In this document: positions 8,592 to 20,451 of the stretch, piece after piece
How the letters are laid out: each line of letters opens with the position of its first letter
Position numbering within the stretch: the first letter of the stretch is position 1
Origin: Patescibacteria group bacterium
Lineage (GTDB): Bacteria; Patescibacteriota; Patescibacteriia; PEXW01
Length of the DNA stretch: 64,000 nucleotides
Direction of reading: 5' to 3'
Assembly (NCBI GenBank): GCA_041665345.1
Contig: JBAYJA010000002.1
Coordinates: forward strand, 18,649-82,648
Notes under the pieces: model-generated
Database searches by the model: none
What the model was told of the DNA's origin: nothing
The model's input: the letters and a program-made list of their open reading frames with translations, nothing else
Program-made: the position numbers and the translations under genes

Positions 8592-9380
8592 ATGAAAATA
8601 CTCATCCTCACCACCCTCTTCTTCCTCGGCGCCTGCATAGGCAGTTTTTTGAATGTTGTCATTTACCGTCTACCACGCCGGAAGAGTTTTTTGAAAATCA
8701 AAGACCGGTCGTACTGTCCCCGTTGTCGGAGAGGTTTGGAGTGGTACGATCTCATTCCAGTTGTAAGCTACCTGGTGCTCCGGGGGAAGTGCAGGAAGTG
8801 CGGCAAAAAAATTAGTCCCCAGTACATTTTGGTTGAGCTAAGCATGGCTATCCTTGTACCGTTGCTGTGGTGGATGCATGGGACCAGCGTGTACGCACTG
8901 ATTGGTGTTGTGGGTGCCGTGGGATTACTCATCATTGCCTGGATTGATGGTCAACGGAAGGTAGTGCCAGATGCCGTGAGTTTGCCAACTCTGGGAGCGC
9001 TCGTCATCTTGCAGGTGGTGTATGCGTTTGTGGGGACTGATGCGCCCTGGCAGCACTTGTGGCACATTGCTTTAGCTTCCGTCCTTGGTGGGGGTTGGTT
9101 TGCCGCCCAATGGTTCCTTTCCAAGGGGCGATGGGTGGGGTCTGGGGATATCCGTATAGGGGCAATTCTTGGTGCGTATCTTGGCTTGTCCCTGGGTGGC
9201 TTAGCACTCTTTGGTTCGTACATTTTTGGGAGTATCTGGGCGGCGGTGCTGCTTAGCCGTGGCAAGGCGAAATTTGGCACGCAGTTGCCCTTTGGCGTCT
9301 TCCTGGGGCTTGCCGGCATCTTGACGTTCCTCTTTGGGCATGTCGTGGTAGAATGGTACCAGGAGCTCATTGGCTTCTAG
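8592..9380 (+). CDS. pilD: Prepilin peptidase (A24 family) PilD
   Basis: N-terminal CxxC...CxxC (CPRCRRG...CRKCGKK), multiple TM helices and a GSGDIRIG active-site region. Confidence 0.9.
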   Translation: MKILILTTLFFLGACIGSFLNVVIYRLPRRKSFLKIKDRSYCPRCRRGLEWYDLIPVVSYLVLRGKCRKCGKKISPQYILVELSMAILVPLLWWMHGTSVYALIGVVGAVGLLIIAWIDGQRKVVPDAVSLPTLGALVILQVVYAFVGTDAPWQHLWHIALASVLGGGWFAAQWFLSKGRWVGSGDIRIGAILGAYLGLSLGGLALFGSYIFGSIWAAVLLSRGKAKFGTQLPFGVFLGLAGILTFLFGHVVVEWYQELIGF

Positions 9381-9407
9381 TACCATTTCAGTAGTCAAAA
9401 GACCCTC

Positions 9408-10319
9408 ATGCGCAAAGTAGCAGGATTTACCCTTATTGAAGCCCTGGTTGTCATTGCCATCACCGGCATAATGCTAGGTGTGCTTTTGGCTAATTACCGA
9501 AGGTCAAACGAGAATAGTTTGCTGATTCGGGAGGTTGCCAGCGTGATGAGCCACATTCGCTTGGCGCAGGAAACCGCGGCGAGTAGTAAAATAACTGAGG
9601 CTCAAAATAATAATGATGAACTTCGGTTTTGTGAGAATGATATTCACCGTGAGTGTGATGCAGACAGTGACTGTCCTGGATCACCAGGTGTACAAAGATG
9701 TGCATTGATGCCACCTGCTGGAGGTGAGGTCATTAAATTTGATTGTGGATCAAACGAGTATGATTGGTATGCTGACACAGTACAGTGCAAGGCGAATTGC
9801 TTTCTTGGAGCGCATGTTTTTGCTGACGCGGAACTACTCTTAAACGCTTCTGATAACATTATTCACCATGGTACCGATCCTGACGGAGCCGGTGTTCCAC
9901 CGCATCTAGAGGATTATAAGCGAGAACGGCTGGTCTGGGATGCAAAAGTTCAAGTGAAGGATATAAAAATTAGTAATGCGGTTGCGTACGCGCAGTGTAC
10001 CGGACTTGGAGGGAATCGTACTGTTTGGAATGGGAGTTCTACTTTAGCGCCAACGAGCTCTGCGGTGCCTGTTGATCGAGAATTAAGCGCAACTATCCAA
10101 TTTACTTCTGAATCAGGCGACGCATTCTCTGCGAGTATTGGCCGGAAAGTGATTCTGACCGATAATGTCGCTCCAACGTCCGCAGATGGTGCACATACGC
10201 CATGGTCAAAGGTGGAAATATTGATGGGATTGGTCAATCGGACTACTGATTGCCGACTCGTTATAATGACTGATAAAAATGTGTTAACTGATACACCAGA
10301 TGCCGATTGCGCGATCTAA
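9408..10319 (+). CDS. Minor pilin-like protein, Cys-rich (prepilin MRKVAG|FTLIEALVV)
   Basis: Canonical class III signal with Glu+5. About 270 aa extracellular part with 14 or more cysteines. Confidence 0.75.
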   Translation: MRKVAGFTLIEALVVIAITGIMLGVLLANYRRSNENSLLIREVASVMSHIRLAQETAASSKITEAQNNNDELRFCENDIHRECDADSDCPGSPGVQRCALMPPAGGEVIKFDCGSNEYDWYADTVQCKANCFLGAHVFADAELLLNASDNIIHHGTDPDGAGVPPHLEDYKRERLVWDAKVQVKDIKISNAVAYAQCTGLGGNRTVWNGSSTLAPTSSAVPVDRELSATIQFTSESGDAFSASIGRKVILTDNVAPTSADGAHTPWSKVEILMGLVNRTTDCRLVIMTDKNVLTDTPDADCAI

Positions 10320-11415
10320 AAAATTTCGCTTGCCGGCTGGAACCACTCTCTTGGAGGGAATTATTGCCATTGGGGTAATAATCACTGCGGTTGTTGGGTC
10401 TTTGGTACTCATTATGACTACCATTAAGCTTGGCCGAGCAAACCAAGACCGCGTGGTGGCGCAGAATCTAGCGAGGGAAGGTGTGGAGCTGGTGGTGAGT
10501 TTACGGAACAGTGCGTCCCTCATGCGGGCGAGTGATGCATCAGTTTCATGGGATCAATTTTTCACTACATTAGTCCCAAAAAATTACGCGGCTTTGGCTC
10601 ACATGGATGTTGGAGCTGACTTTTTGGGTTTCTATCAAATTACCGGAGACACGCGTTGGTGTTACGAACGTGGCGCAGATGTTACTCCTCCAGCCTGCGG
10701 TGGGTACCCATCGGATAACTGCGTCCGATATGATTCTAACGTCATCACTGGTGTGGATATTGTTGTGAATCCGGGGCAGACCGTTCCTGCAGGAGTGGTG
10801 AATCGATGTGACATCATTGCCCTTGAAAATTACATTTTTGCTGGGTGGGATCTCCCACGGCTCTGTGGTCCGCTCCAAGATGCTTTTCCATATCCAGGTG
10901 TTTCAACAACGGTAGATTGTGACTTTAATGGAGATAACCAGCTAGACATCTCTGACCTCGTCATGATGGTAAACACCATTAATGACGCTTCATACCACTT
11001 GACCACTGGGTTTCCAAAAATGGCAATCAAACCCCCAGGGACGCAGACTGTGGCTGCGCAGTTGGAGATGTTTGTACCAGCCACAATAGATCTCACCTTT
11101 GACCCAAATGAAGCTTGGAATGATTCCCGAGCGAGGGTGCAAAGTTACCTGGGTACCTACATGCAAAACGTTGATGCAAGCAACCCTGCACTTGCTGCAA
11201 CGAAGTACTTCCGAGTTGTTTCAACCCGTGAAGTATGCCGAACCCCTGGTGGGGAGGAAATTATGCCAATGAATAGTAACAATGATTGCAAGGGGGAATT
11301 TGCTGGGGCAAAGAAGGTGGGTGTTTTGGTGACCAGTGAAGTACGCTGGCCAACGCCAACGAGTTCAACCAAAGCAGTGTACCAAACGTATTTGTATGAC
11401 TGGCTCCAGTTTTAA
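10300..11415 (+). CDS. Minor pilin-like protein with dockerin-like Ca-binding loop (prepilin ..LPAG|TTLLEGIIA)
   Basis: Class III signal with Glu+5. Internal DCDFNGDNQLDISDLVMMVNTIND resembles a dockerin/EF-hand calcium loop. Confidence 0.7.
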   Translation: MPIARSKKFRLPAGTTLLEGIIAIGVIITAVVGSLVLIMTTIKLGRANQDRVVAQNLAREGVELVVSLRNSASLMRASDASVSWDQFFTTLVPKNYAALAHMDVGADFLGFYQITGDTRWCYERGADVTPPACGGYPSDNCVRYDSNVITGVDIVVNPGQTVPAGVVNRCDIIALENYIFAGWDLPRLCGPLQDAFPYPGVSTTVDCDFNGDNQLDISDLVMMVNTINDASYHLTTGFPKMAIKPPGTQTVAAQLEMFVPATIDLTFDPNEAWNDSRARVQSYLGTYMQNVDASNPALAATKYFRVVSTREVCRTPGGEEIMPMNSNNDCKGEFAGAKKVGVLVTSEVRWPTPTSSTKAVYQTYLYDWLQF

Positions 11416-12253
11416 TTTTTTTGTCTTTGGCTTTCGGAACCGTCAACGGTCTGGTTTTACGCTTATTGAAGTTATTGTGACTATGGCGCTTTTCTCCATG
11501 ACGGTGCTCATGGCAGTCACATTGCTCGTAGTATTCATTCAGCAGCAGCGAAGAGCGGTTTCCCAAGAGCAACTGCAAAATGATATTCGGGCAGTTATTG
11601 AGCAAATGTCGCAAGAACTTCGTGAAAGCTCTATTGACTATGCATTCTACCAAAGTGAATTCCCATTACCTACTGGCAGACAGCGTCTATTCACTTCACT
11701 TGATGGTCAGGCGAATAATTCGGGTGATAGCTACCTCGCTTTTGTTGATGCCTTTGAACAGCGGATTCTCTATCGTTTTGCCTCGAATACCCTCCAACGC
11801 TGCGTACCCACCATTACTCTCGACTGTACGGATGCAGCTGAGAGTTGGGAAACCGTCACTCCGGTCTCAATGCAGATTACTAACTTCACTTTTTATGTGT
11901 CGCCTTCAGCCGACCCTTTTGCAGGCACTGGTCCGATAAATTGCGGAACACCTCCCGGAGGCGGCGTCACAGGGGTCTACAATGAAAGCATCTGTCGTTG
12001 GGGTGAGCACTGCCAAACAATTGATGGGAATGGCTTGCTAGGAGATAATTGCGCTTTTGGAAAAGGAAATCCACGTGCATGCTATTGCATTCCGCAAAAG
12101 TTTGGTGAAGTCATTGGTCTCCATCCCCGGGTGACCTTCAGCATTGCTGCGCAACGGACAGTAGGCCAGAATACCGTGAGTGATATTTTTCAAACCACCG
12201 TTGCCAGCCGGGTCTTCCAAAACATGCAACAACTGAACCAGTATGCGCCGTAA
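11396..12253 (+). CDS. Minor pilin-like protein (..RSG|FTLIEVIVTMALF)
   Basis: G/FTLIE motif with Glu+5 and a hydrophobic helix. In-frame ATG at 11396, but the leader length is uncertain. Confidence 0.65.
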   Translation: MTGSSFNFFVFGFRNRQRSGFTLIEVIVTMALFSMTVLMAVTLLVVFIQQQRRAVSQEQLQNDIRAVIEQMSQELRESSIDYAFYQSEFPLPTGRQRLFTSLDGQANNSGDSYLAFVDAFEQRILYRFASNTLQRCVPTITLDCTDAAESWETVTPVSMQITNFTFYVSPSADPFAGTGPINCGTPPGGGVTGVYNESICRWGEHCQTIDGNGLLGDNCAFGKGNPRACYCIPQKFGEVIGLHPRVTFSIAAQRTVGQNTVSDIFQTTVASRVFQNMQQLNQYAP

Positions 12254-13520
12254 GCAATTTTCACCAAAGCGAAAGGGTGTCACATTGATTTTAGCACTCA
12301 TGGTCATGAGTGCCGTCATTGCCATTGGGGTGACGATAGTTGCGATTGTCGTTTTCCAAACCCGCATTAATGCAACAACAACTCAGGGGCAGCAGGGCTA
12401 CTACGCGGCGGAATCTGGCATTGAGCAGGCACTCAGCAAAGTCTCAGGACTTCGAAGCGGTACCTTAGCTGCAGCAGAATTGGCTTTACAAGGCTCCCTT
12501 GCGCCAAATGCATCTCCTTTTCCTTTCAATCTTGACCTGAGTACGGCCGTGACAAGTGGAACTGTAACCCAAAAAGAGTTAAAGCAAAATCAAAGTACGT
12601 TTGTGGAAATCTATGATGTTGATGCCTCCATCACCACAAACCTGGGTGCTCCTGGTTTATGTGTTTTTGCTGAAAGTGGCGACACGACCAGTGATGAAGT
12701 CCTTGAAATTAGCTGGGTTGCTTGGCTGCAGACAACTGGGCAAGTTTCTGCAACGCAACGCGTCTTAGCTTCGTATTCTGAATTCTCTACTGAAAATAAT
12801 TGTACGATTGGAGGGGTAACGTACGACGGTTTCGTTGTCCCACTTACCCAATTTTACCCGGCGTTTCCAGGAACGTACGCAGGTTTTCGGATCCGCATTA
12901 CAGCTTTGGCGCCGGAGGGAACGAATGCAAATGGTGATGTTGCAAATCTCACAATCAACAGTTACCCGCAGCTGAATTCCCACCTCCGCATCAAATCCAC
13001 TTCACGCAGCGCGTTCGCTAACCAGCAGCAAGCATTGCTGGCCGTCGTACCCTGGTCAATACCCCTTTCCTCCCTCTTTGACTTTGTCATATTCAGTGAA
13101 AAAGATTTGACGAAAGACAAAGCGCAATCAACGACGGATGAAATTTTGCGGTATGGACCGTACACTGCCCCAGCACCTAACACCCCTACTTTAGTTGGAT
13201 CAGCTGCAATTCAAAATAATGCCGATCCATTAGTGAATCCATTCACTTCATGCGATACTGCTCCGTGTAAATACTATGTTCGTCTGTTGTATACCACTGG
13301 ATATAGCGGGAGCGTTACCTTACCAACATCAGGCGGAACAACGGAAACCGTCAATGCTGTCGGAAGTGGTTCGTGTATTATTACTGATCAATTCACAATT
13401 TCTACAAAGACACCGCCCCCAAGTATCAACATAAACTTTGGAGGAGATACGACGGGGGTGAGCTACGAACTTCTGAATCACCTCACGTATCGTGACCCAA
13501 CCGAAGGACCTTGTCCGTAA
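12243..13520 (+). CDS. Large minor pilin/tip-protein candidate lacking Glu+5 (GspK/PilX-like)
   Basis: KRKG|VTLILALMVMSAVIAIG N-terminal helix with no Glu5. 425 aa. Last gene of the pilin run. Confidence 0.55.
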   Translation: MRRKQFSPKRKGVTLILALMVMSAVIAIGVTIVAIVVFQTRINATTTQGQQGYYAAESGIEQALSKVSGLRSGTLAAAELALQGSLAPNASPFPFNLDLSTAVTSGTVTQKELKQNQSTFVEIYDVDASITTNLGAPGLCVFAESGDTTSDEVLEISWVAWLQTTGQVSATQRVLASYSEFSTENNCTIGGVTYDGFVVPLTQFYPAFPGTYAGFRIRITALAPEGTNANGDVANLTINSYPQLNSHLRIKSTSRSAFANQQQALLAVVPWSIPLSSLFDFVIFSEKDLTKDKAQSTTDEILRYGPYTAPAPNTPTLVGSAAIQNNADPLVNPFTSCDTAPCKYYVRLLYTTGYSGSVTLPTSGGTTETVNAVGSGSCIITDQFTISTKTPPPSININFGGDTTGVSYELLNHLTYRDPTEGPCP

Positions 13521-13521
13521 G

Positions 13522-16484
<2,963 letters not shown>

Positions 16485-16485
16485 C

Positions 16486-17004
16486 ATGGACACCCTTTCC
16501 CATGCCTTGTGGCCAGCCGCGCTATTCCCCAACGCGCGGTGGCGCTGGGTGGCTGCACTGTGGGGCATTCTGTCAGACCTAGGGATGGCCGGGCCGTTGC
16601 TGTACGTCATCTCTCAGGACGGTCTACGGCAACTGTGCTGGATAACCCCGGGTTGGGTGTGCAGCGCCGCGATCCCGCACTACAACATCCCAGATGTTTG
16701 GATGCTGCCGTACACCCTGCTGCACAGTTTTGTGCCCTGGGTCATTGTTGGCGTTGGCTTATCCCTGGTTTTTCGCAAACTGTATTTCCCCATAGTTGGC
16801 TGGGGTTTGCACATCCTCCTGGATATGACCATGCATGACGGTGACTATGCCACGCAAATTTTCTACCCATTTTCCAGCTACCACCCACCATTCCTGGTAA
16901 GCTGGCAGGATAGCCGGGTCTTGCTGGTCAATTGGGTTTTGTTGGTAGCTTTGCTTGGGGTTGGTTTTTTCGTGCGAAAACGAAGGAGGAAATCCAACGT
17001 GTAG
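16486..17004 (+). CDS. DUF457/YdjM-like membrane-bound hydrolase family protein
   Basis: MDTLSHALW N-terminus with multi-TM. Paralog of 59482-59946, which carries the RFTHSLL motif. Confidence 0.45.
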   Translation: MDTLSHALWPAALFPNARWRWVAALWGILSDLGMAGPLLYVISQDGLRQLCWITPGWVCSAAIPHYNIPDVWMLPYTLLHSFVPWVIVGVGLSLVFRKLYFPIVGWGLHILLDMTMHDGDYATQIFYPFSSYHPPFLVSWQDSRVLLVNWVLLVALLGVGFFVRKRRRKSNV

Positions 17005-17061
17005 CTCTTTGGTAATGTGTATGCGACGCACTACACGCATGGGAAATGCTATACTTTAGCC

Positions 17062-17346
17062 ATGCAACTCACCCCTGAAGAAGTAGAAAAATTGGCCAAG
17101 CTTGCCCGCCTGGAGCTCACCCCCGGGGTTCGGGAGCAATTTGCTGACCAGCTTTCCAAAATTGTGGAGTACGTGGATCAGGTGCAAGAGGTTGGCAAAG
17201 GCCTTACCGTGCAAACGGAGCGACGGACAGTAGCCGCAGCAGACCTGGCCAAAGATGCAGTTCTGGAAACGGCCACTGAGCCGCTGCTGGACTTAGCGGC
17301 AAAGCTGGAAGGGCGTTCTATTGTTGCTCCGGGCGTCAAGGCGTAA
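17062..17346 (+). CDS. gatC: Asp/Glu-tRNA amidotransferase subunit C
   Basis: MQLTPEEVEKLAKLARLEL... is a typical GatC, and the gene lies immediately upstream of gatA. Confidence 0.85.
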   Translation: MQLTPEEVEKLAKLARLELTPGVREQFADQLSKIVEYVDQVQEVGKGLTVQTERRTVAAADLAKDAVLETATEPLLDLAAKLEGRSIVAPGVKA

Positions 17347-17348
17347 CT

Positions 17349-18806
17349 ATGGATCCTCGTCGCCTTACCATCCCTGAGCTCCACGCTGCCTACACCGCAG
17401 GTGATTTGAGCGTGGAAGCCGTCACCGGCGCGTACTTGGATGCCATTGACCGGCACGGTGCAACCGTCGGAGCGTATTTGGAAGTGTTTGGGAGCCAGGC
17501 GATTCAGCAGGCAGAGGCTTTGGATGCGCGCCTTCGTGACGGCGAAAAACCCAGCGGCCTCTTTGGTGTCCCCACGGCTGTCAAAGATAACCTTTGCCTT
17601 ACCGGGACGCGCACCACAGCGGGTTCAAAAATGTTGGAACGGTACATTGCACCGTATACGGCAACCAGCGTGCAGCGGGTTATGGATGCGGGCGCGGTGG
17701 TGCTGGGGAAAACCAACTTGGATGAGTTTGCCATGGGTTCGTCAACGGAAAATTCTGCTTACCAGAAAACCACAAACCCCTGGGATGCTGCGCGCGTGCC
17801 CGGCGGTTCCTCTGGTGGTTCAGCCGCAGCAGTAGCCGCCAGCCAAGCGCTGGTTGCCTTGGGGTCAGATACCGGTGGTTCCATCCGGCAACCCGCCAGT
17901 TTCTGCGGGACAGTTGGTTTGAAGCCAACCTACGGCCGCGTGTCACGGCACGGACTCATTGCTCTGTCTTCATCATTGGATCAGGTTGGGCCATTTGCCA
18001 GAACCGTTGCTGATGCGTTTTCACTGTACACCGCACTGGTAGGGGTTGACCCGTTCGACGCAACCACGGTGCAGGCGCCTGCGTTTGATACTTCAGTGCT
18101 GAGCAAAGGTTTGCGCGGCCTCACCATTGGCGTTTTGGATACGGACATTGCCGGCATGGACGAAGAAGTTGTGGCCCGCATTACCGAAGCAACTGATTGT
18201 ATGCAGAAAGCCGGCGCAACCATCAAGAAGATCTCACTTCCCCTCTCCCGGGCGAGTTTGGCCGTGTACTACCTCATTGTGTCCAGCGAAGTCTCTTCCA
18301 ACCTTGGGCGGTACGATGGGGTTCGGTACGGCGGCACCGGGCAGGCGCGCACGGGCAACTACTGGCAGACCAGTATGGTTGAGCGCTCCCAAGGGTTTGG
18401 TGATGAAGCGCAACGGCGTATTCTCTTGGGTACCTACACCCTGTCCGCTGGCTATGCTGACCGGTACTACAAGCGTGCGCTGGAGTTGCAGCGGGGAATT
18501 GCTGCGGAGTTCGTGCAAGCGTTCAAAGATGTGGATGTGCTCTTTGGTCCCACGTCCCCGTCGGTCGCGTTCCGGCTGGGGGAGAAGTTTGATGACCCGC
18601 TCACTATGTACCTGTCAGACATTTTCACCGTGCCGGCCAACATAGCGAATGTGCCTGCGCTCTCACAACCCATTGGGTTTGCCAAAAAAATGCCTGTGGG
18701 TGGGCAGTTCATTGGCCCCAGCTTCCGGGAAGACCTGGTATTTCAGGCGGCTGCCGCTTTAGAACGGGAATTAACCTATGCAAATCTCGCCGCCCCGCTT
18801 GCGTGA
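17349..18806 (+). CDS. gatA: Asp/Glu-tRNA amidotransferase subunit A (amidase signature)
   Basis: GGSSGGSAAAVAA amidase signature. 485 aa. Confidence 0.92.
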   Translation: MDPRRLTIPELHAAYTAGDLSVEAVTGAYLDAIDRHGATVGAYLEVFGSQAIQQAEALDARLRDGEKPSGLFGVPTAVKDNLCLTGTRTTAGSKMLERYIAPYTATSVQRVMDAGAVVLGKTNLDEFAMGSSTENSAYQKTTNPWDAARVPGGSSGGSAAAVAASQALVALGSDTGGSIRQPASFCGTVGLKPTYGRVSRHGLIALSSSLDQVGPFARTVADAFSLYTALVGVDPFDATTVQAPAFDTSVLSKGLRGLTIGVLDTDIAGMDEEVVARITEATDCMQKAGATIKKISLPLSRASLAVYYLIVSSEVSSNLGRYDGVRYGGTGQARTGNYWQTSMVERSQGFGDEAQRRILLGTYTLSAGYADRYYKRALELQRGIAAEFVQAFKDVDVLFGPTSPSVAFRLGEKFDDPLTMYLSDIFTVPANIANVPALSQPIGFAKKMPVGGQFIGPSFREDLVFQAAAALERELTYANLAAPLA

Positions 18807-18827
18807 AACGCAGCGCTCTGCTATCCA

Positions 18828-19220
18828 TTGAGTATGGCTACGAACCAAAAACCCACCGTTGTGCTCATTGAAGATGACCCGCTGATTGCAGAAATGTACA
18901 CGGCGAAATTCACCAAGGAAGGTTTTGACCTGCACCACGCCGCCGATGGTCAGGCTGGTCTGGATCTCCTCAAGACCGTCACCCCGCAGGTTGTTCTGCT
19001 GGATATCATCATGCCCAAGCTTGACGGTTTTCAAGTGCTGCAGGCACTGCGCAAGGAACCAAAGTACGCTACTCTGCCCATCATCATGCTCACCAACCTG
19101 GGCCAGGAAGAAGATGTGCAGAAAGGCCGCCAGTACGGAGCAACCGACTATTTCATTAAAACGAATTTCACCCCGGCCGCCATTGTGGACAAAGTGCGCG
19201 CCGTTCTCGCTACGCAATAA
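18828..19220 (+). CDS. Single-domain response regulator (paralog of 1328-1747)
   Basis: VVLIEDD...LLDIIMP...LTNLGQEEDVQKG. About 45% identical to the pilus-locus REC protein. Confidence 0.8.
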   Translation: MSMATNQKPTVVLIEDDPLIAEMYTAKFTKEGFDLHHAADGQAGLDLLKTVTPQVVLLDIIMPKLDGFQVLQALRKEPKYATLPIIMLTNLGQEEDVQKGRQYGATDYFIKTNFTPAAIVDKVRAVLATQ

Positions 19221-19231
19221 TTGCATTTTTT

Positions 19232-19831
19232 ATGACGAAAGCAGTACACCCCAAAGAAGAGCGAACGCTGGTGCTGGTGAAACCCGACGGTGTGAAGCGT
19301 GGGTTGACTGGGGAGATTATCCGTCGGTTTGAGCAGCGCAATTTGAAAGTGATTGGTTTAAAAATGATTTGGGCAACCAAGGATGAAATGCACAAGCACT
19401 ACCCAAATGACGATGCATGGTTAACCCGCGTGGGGGAGAAGACCGCCAAAACCTACGAGAAGTACGGCTACGACCTTCAGGGTGAGCTTGGAACAACGGA
19501 TCTCCTGGCGATTGGCAAAATGGTGCGCGGGTGGTTGCTGGACTTCATGACCAGTGGACCCGTGGTGAAGATGGTGGTTCAGGGTGTGCACGCCGTGGAC
19601 ATGGTCCGAAAGATTTGCGGGGTGACCATGCCCTACATGGCAGACATGGGCACCATTCGTGGCGACTACTCGGTTGACTCTGCTGCCGCTGCGAACAAGG
19701 AGAAGCGCTCGGTGCACAATCTGGTCCACGCTTCAGAAACCCCAGAAGAGGCAGCAAATGAACTGGGAAACTGGTTCACCCCAGAAGAGATCCACGGCTA
19801 CAAGCGGATGGAAGAGGACATGCAGTTCTAG
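19232..19831 (+). CDS. ndk: Nucleoside diphosphate kinase (long form)
   Basis: ERTLVLVKPDGV...IIRRFE...NLVHASE NDK motifs. Confidence 0.85.
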   Translation: MTKAVHPKEERTLVLVKPDGVKRGLTGEIIRRFEQRNLKVIGLKMIWATKDEMHKHYPNDDAWLTRVGEKTAKTYEKYGYDLQGELGTTDLLAIGKMVRGWLLDFMTSGPVVKMVVQGVHAVDMVRKICGVTMPYMADMGTIRGDYSVDSAAAANKEKRSVHNLVHASETPEEAANELGNWFTPEEIHGYKRMEEDMQF

Positions 19832-19883
19832 GGGAAGCGAGCTTTGTACGTAGTAAGAAACAACAGTTTTCCGCTTCAGTGGC

Positions 19884-19960
19884 CGGGGTATAGCGCAGTT
19901 GGCTAGCGCGCTTGCATGGGGTGCAAGAGGTCGCCGGTTCAAGTCCGGCTACCCCGACCA
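19884..19960 (+). tRNA. tRNA-Pro (anticodon GGG)
   Basis: Manual cloverleaf. Acceptor cggggta/taccccg, D stem gcgc/gcgc, anticodon stem cttgc/gcaag with loop aTGGGGt, T arm gccgg-ttcaagt-ccggc and an encoded CCA. Confidence 0.85.
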
Positions 19961-20104
19961 CTGGTGCGGAGCTACGCCCGGAATTAAGATTTCCTCCGTT
20001 CATTGGTACGGGTTTCTTTGACGTGGAAAGTTGATTGTCCTGTTCAACGGATATGCTATATTCAGGTTCTGACAAGCGGCGAAACCTCGTACTCCGCTAT
20101 ATTT

Positions 20105-20392
20105 ATGTCCGAATATCTAACCAAACAAGAATTTACCAGTTTTACTAAGGGTTTGTACGCGACTATGCGTCAGAATACCCGTGAAATTATTGAACACTTC
20201 AATCAGAGCCAGTCTCAGCAAAATGTGAGCCTTGATAGGCTAGAAAACGGCCTTCAAAGTGTTTCTGATGATGTTGTTACTATTAAAGTAGCAGTTCTCG
20301 ATTTGACGAATACAGATCGTCACCTGCACAACCTTGTTGATGAATTGCATGATAAAGGGGTTGCAGTGAATAAGAAACGTATTTTTTCTTGA
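20105..20392 (+). CDS. Hypothetical small protein (AT-rich, tRNA-adjacent)
   Basis: ORF in an approximately 38% GC segment next to tRNA-Pro with its own hairpin+T-tract terminator. No recognisable SD or domain. Confidence 0.35.
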   Translation: MSEYLTKQEFTSFTKGLYATMRQNTREIIEHFNQSQSQQNVSLDRLENGLQSVSDDVVTIKVAVLDLTNTDRHLHNLVDELHDKGVAVNKKRIFS

Positions 20393-20410
20393 AGACCGCT
20401 GAATATGAAA

Positions 20411-20445
20411 AACACCTCTTCTCTATGATGAGGTGTTTTTCTTTC
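20411..20445. terminator. Bidirectional rho-independent terminator
   Basis: aacacctc-N12-gaggtgtt stem flanked by A5 and T5 runs, lying between convergent genes. Confidence 0.7.
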
Positions 20446-20451
20446 GACAAG

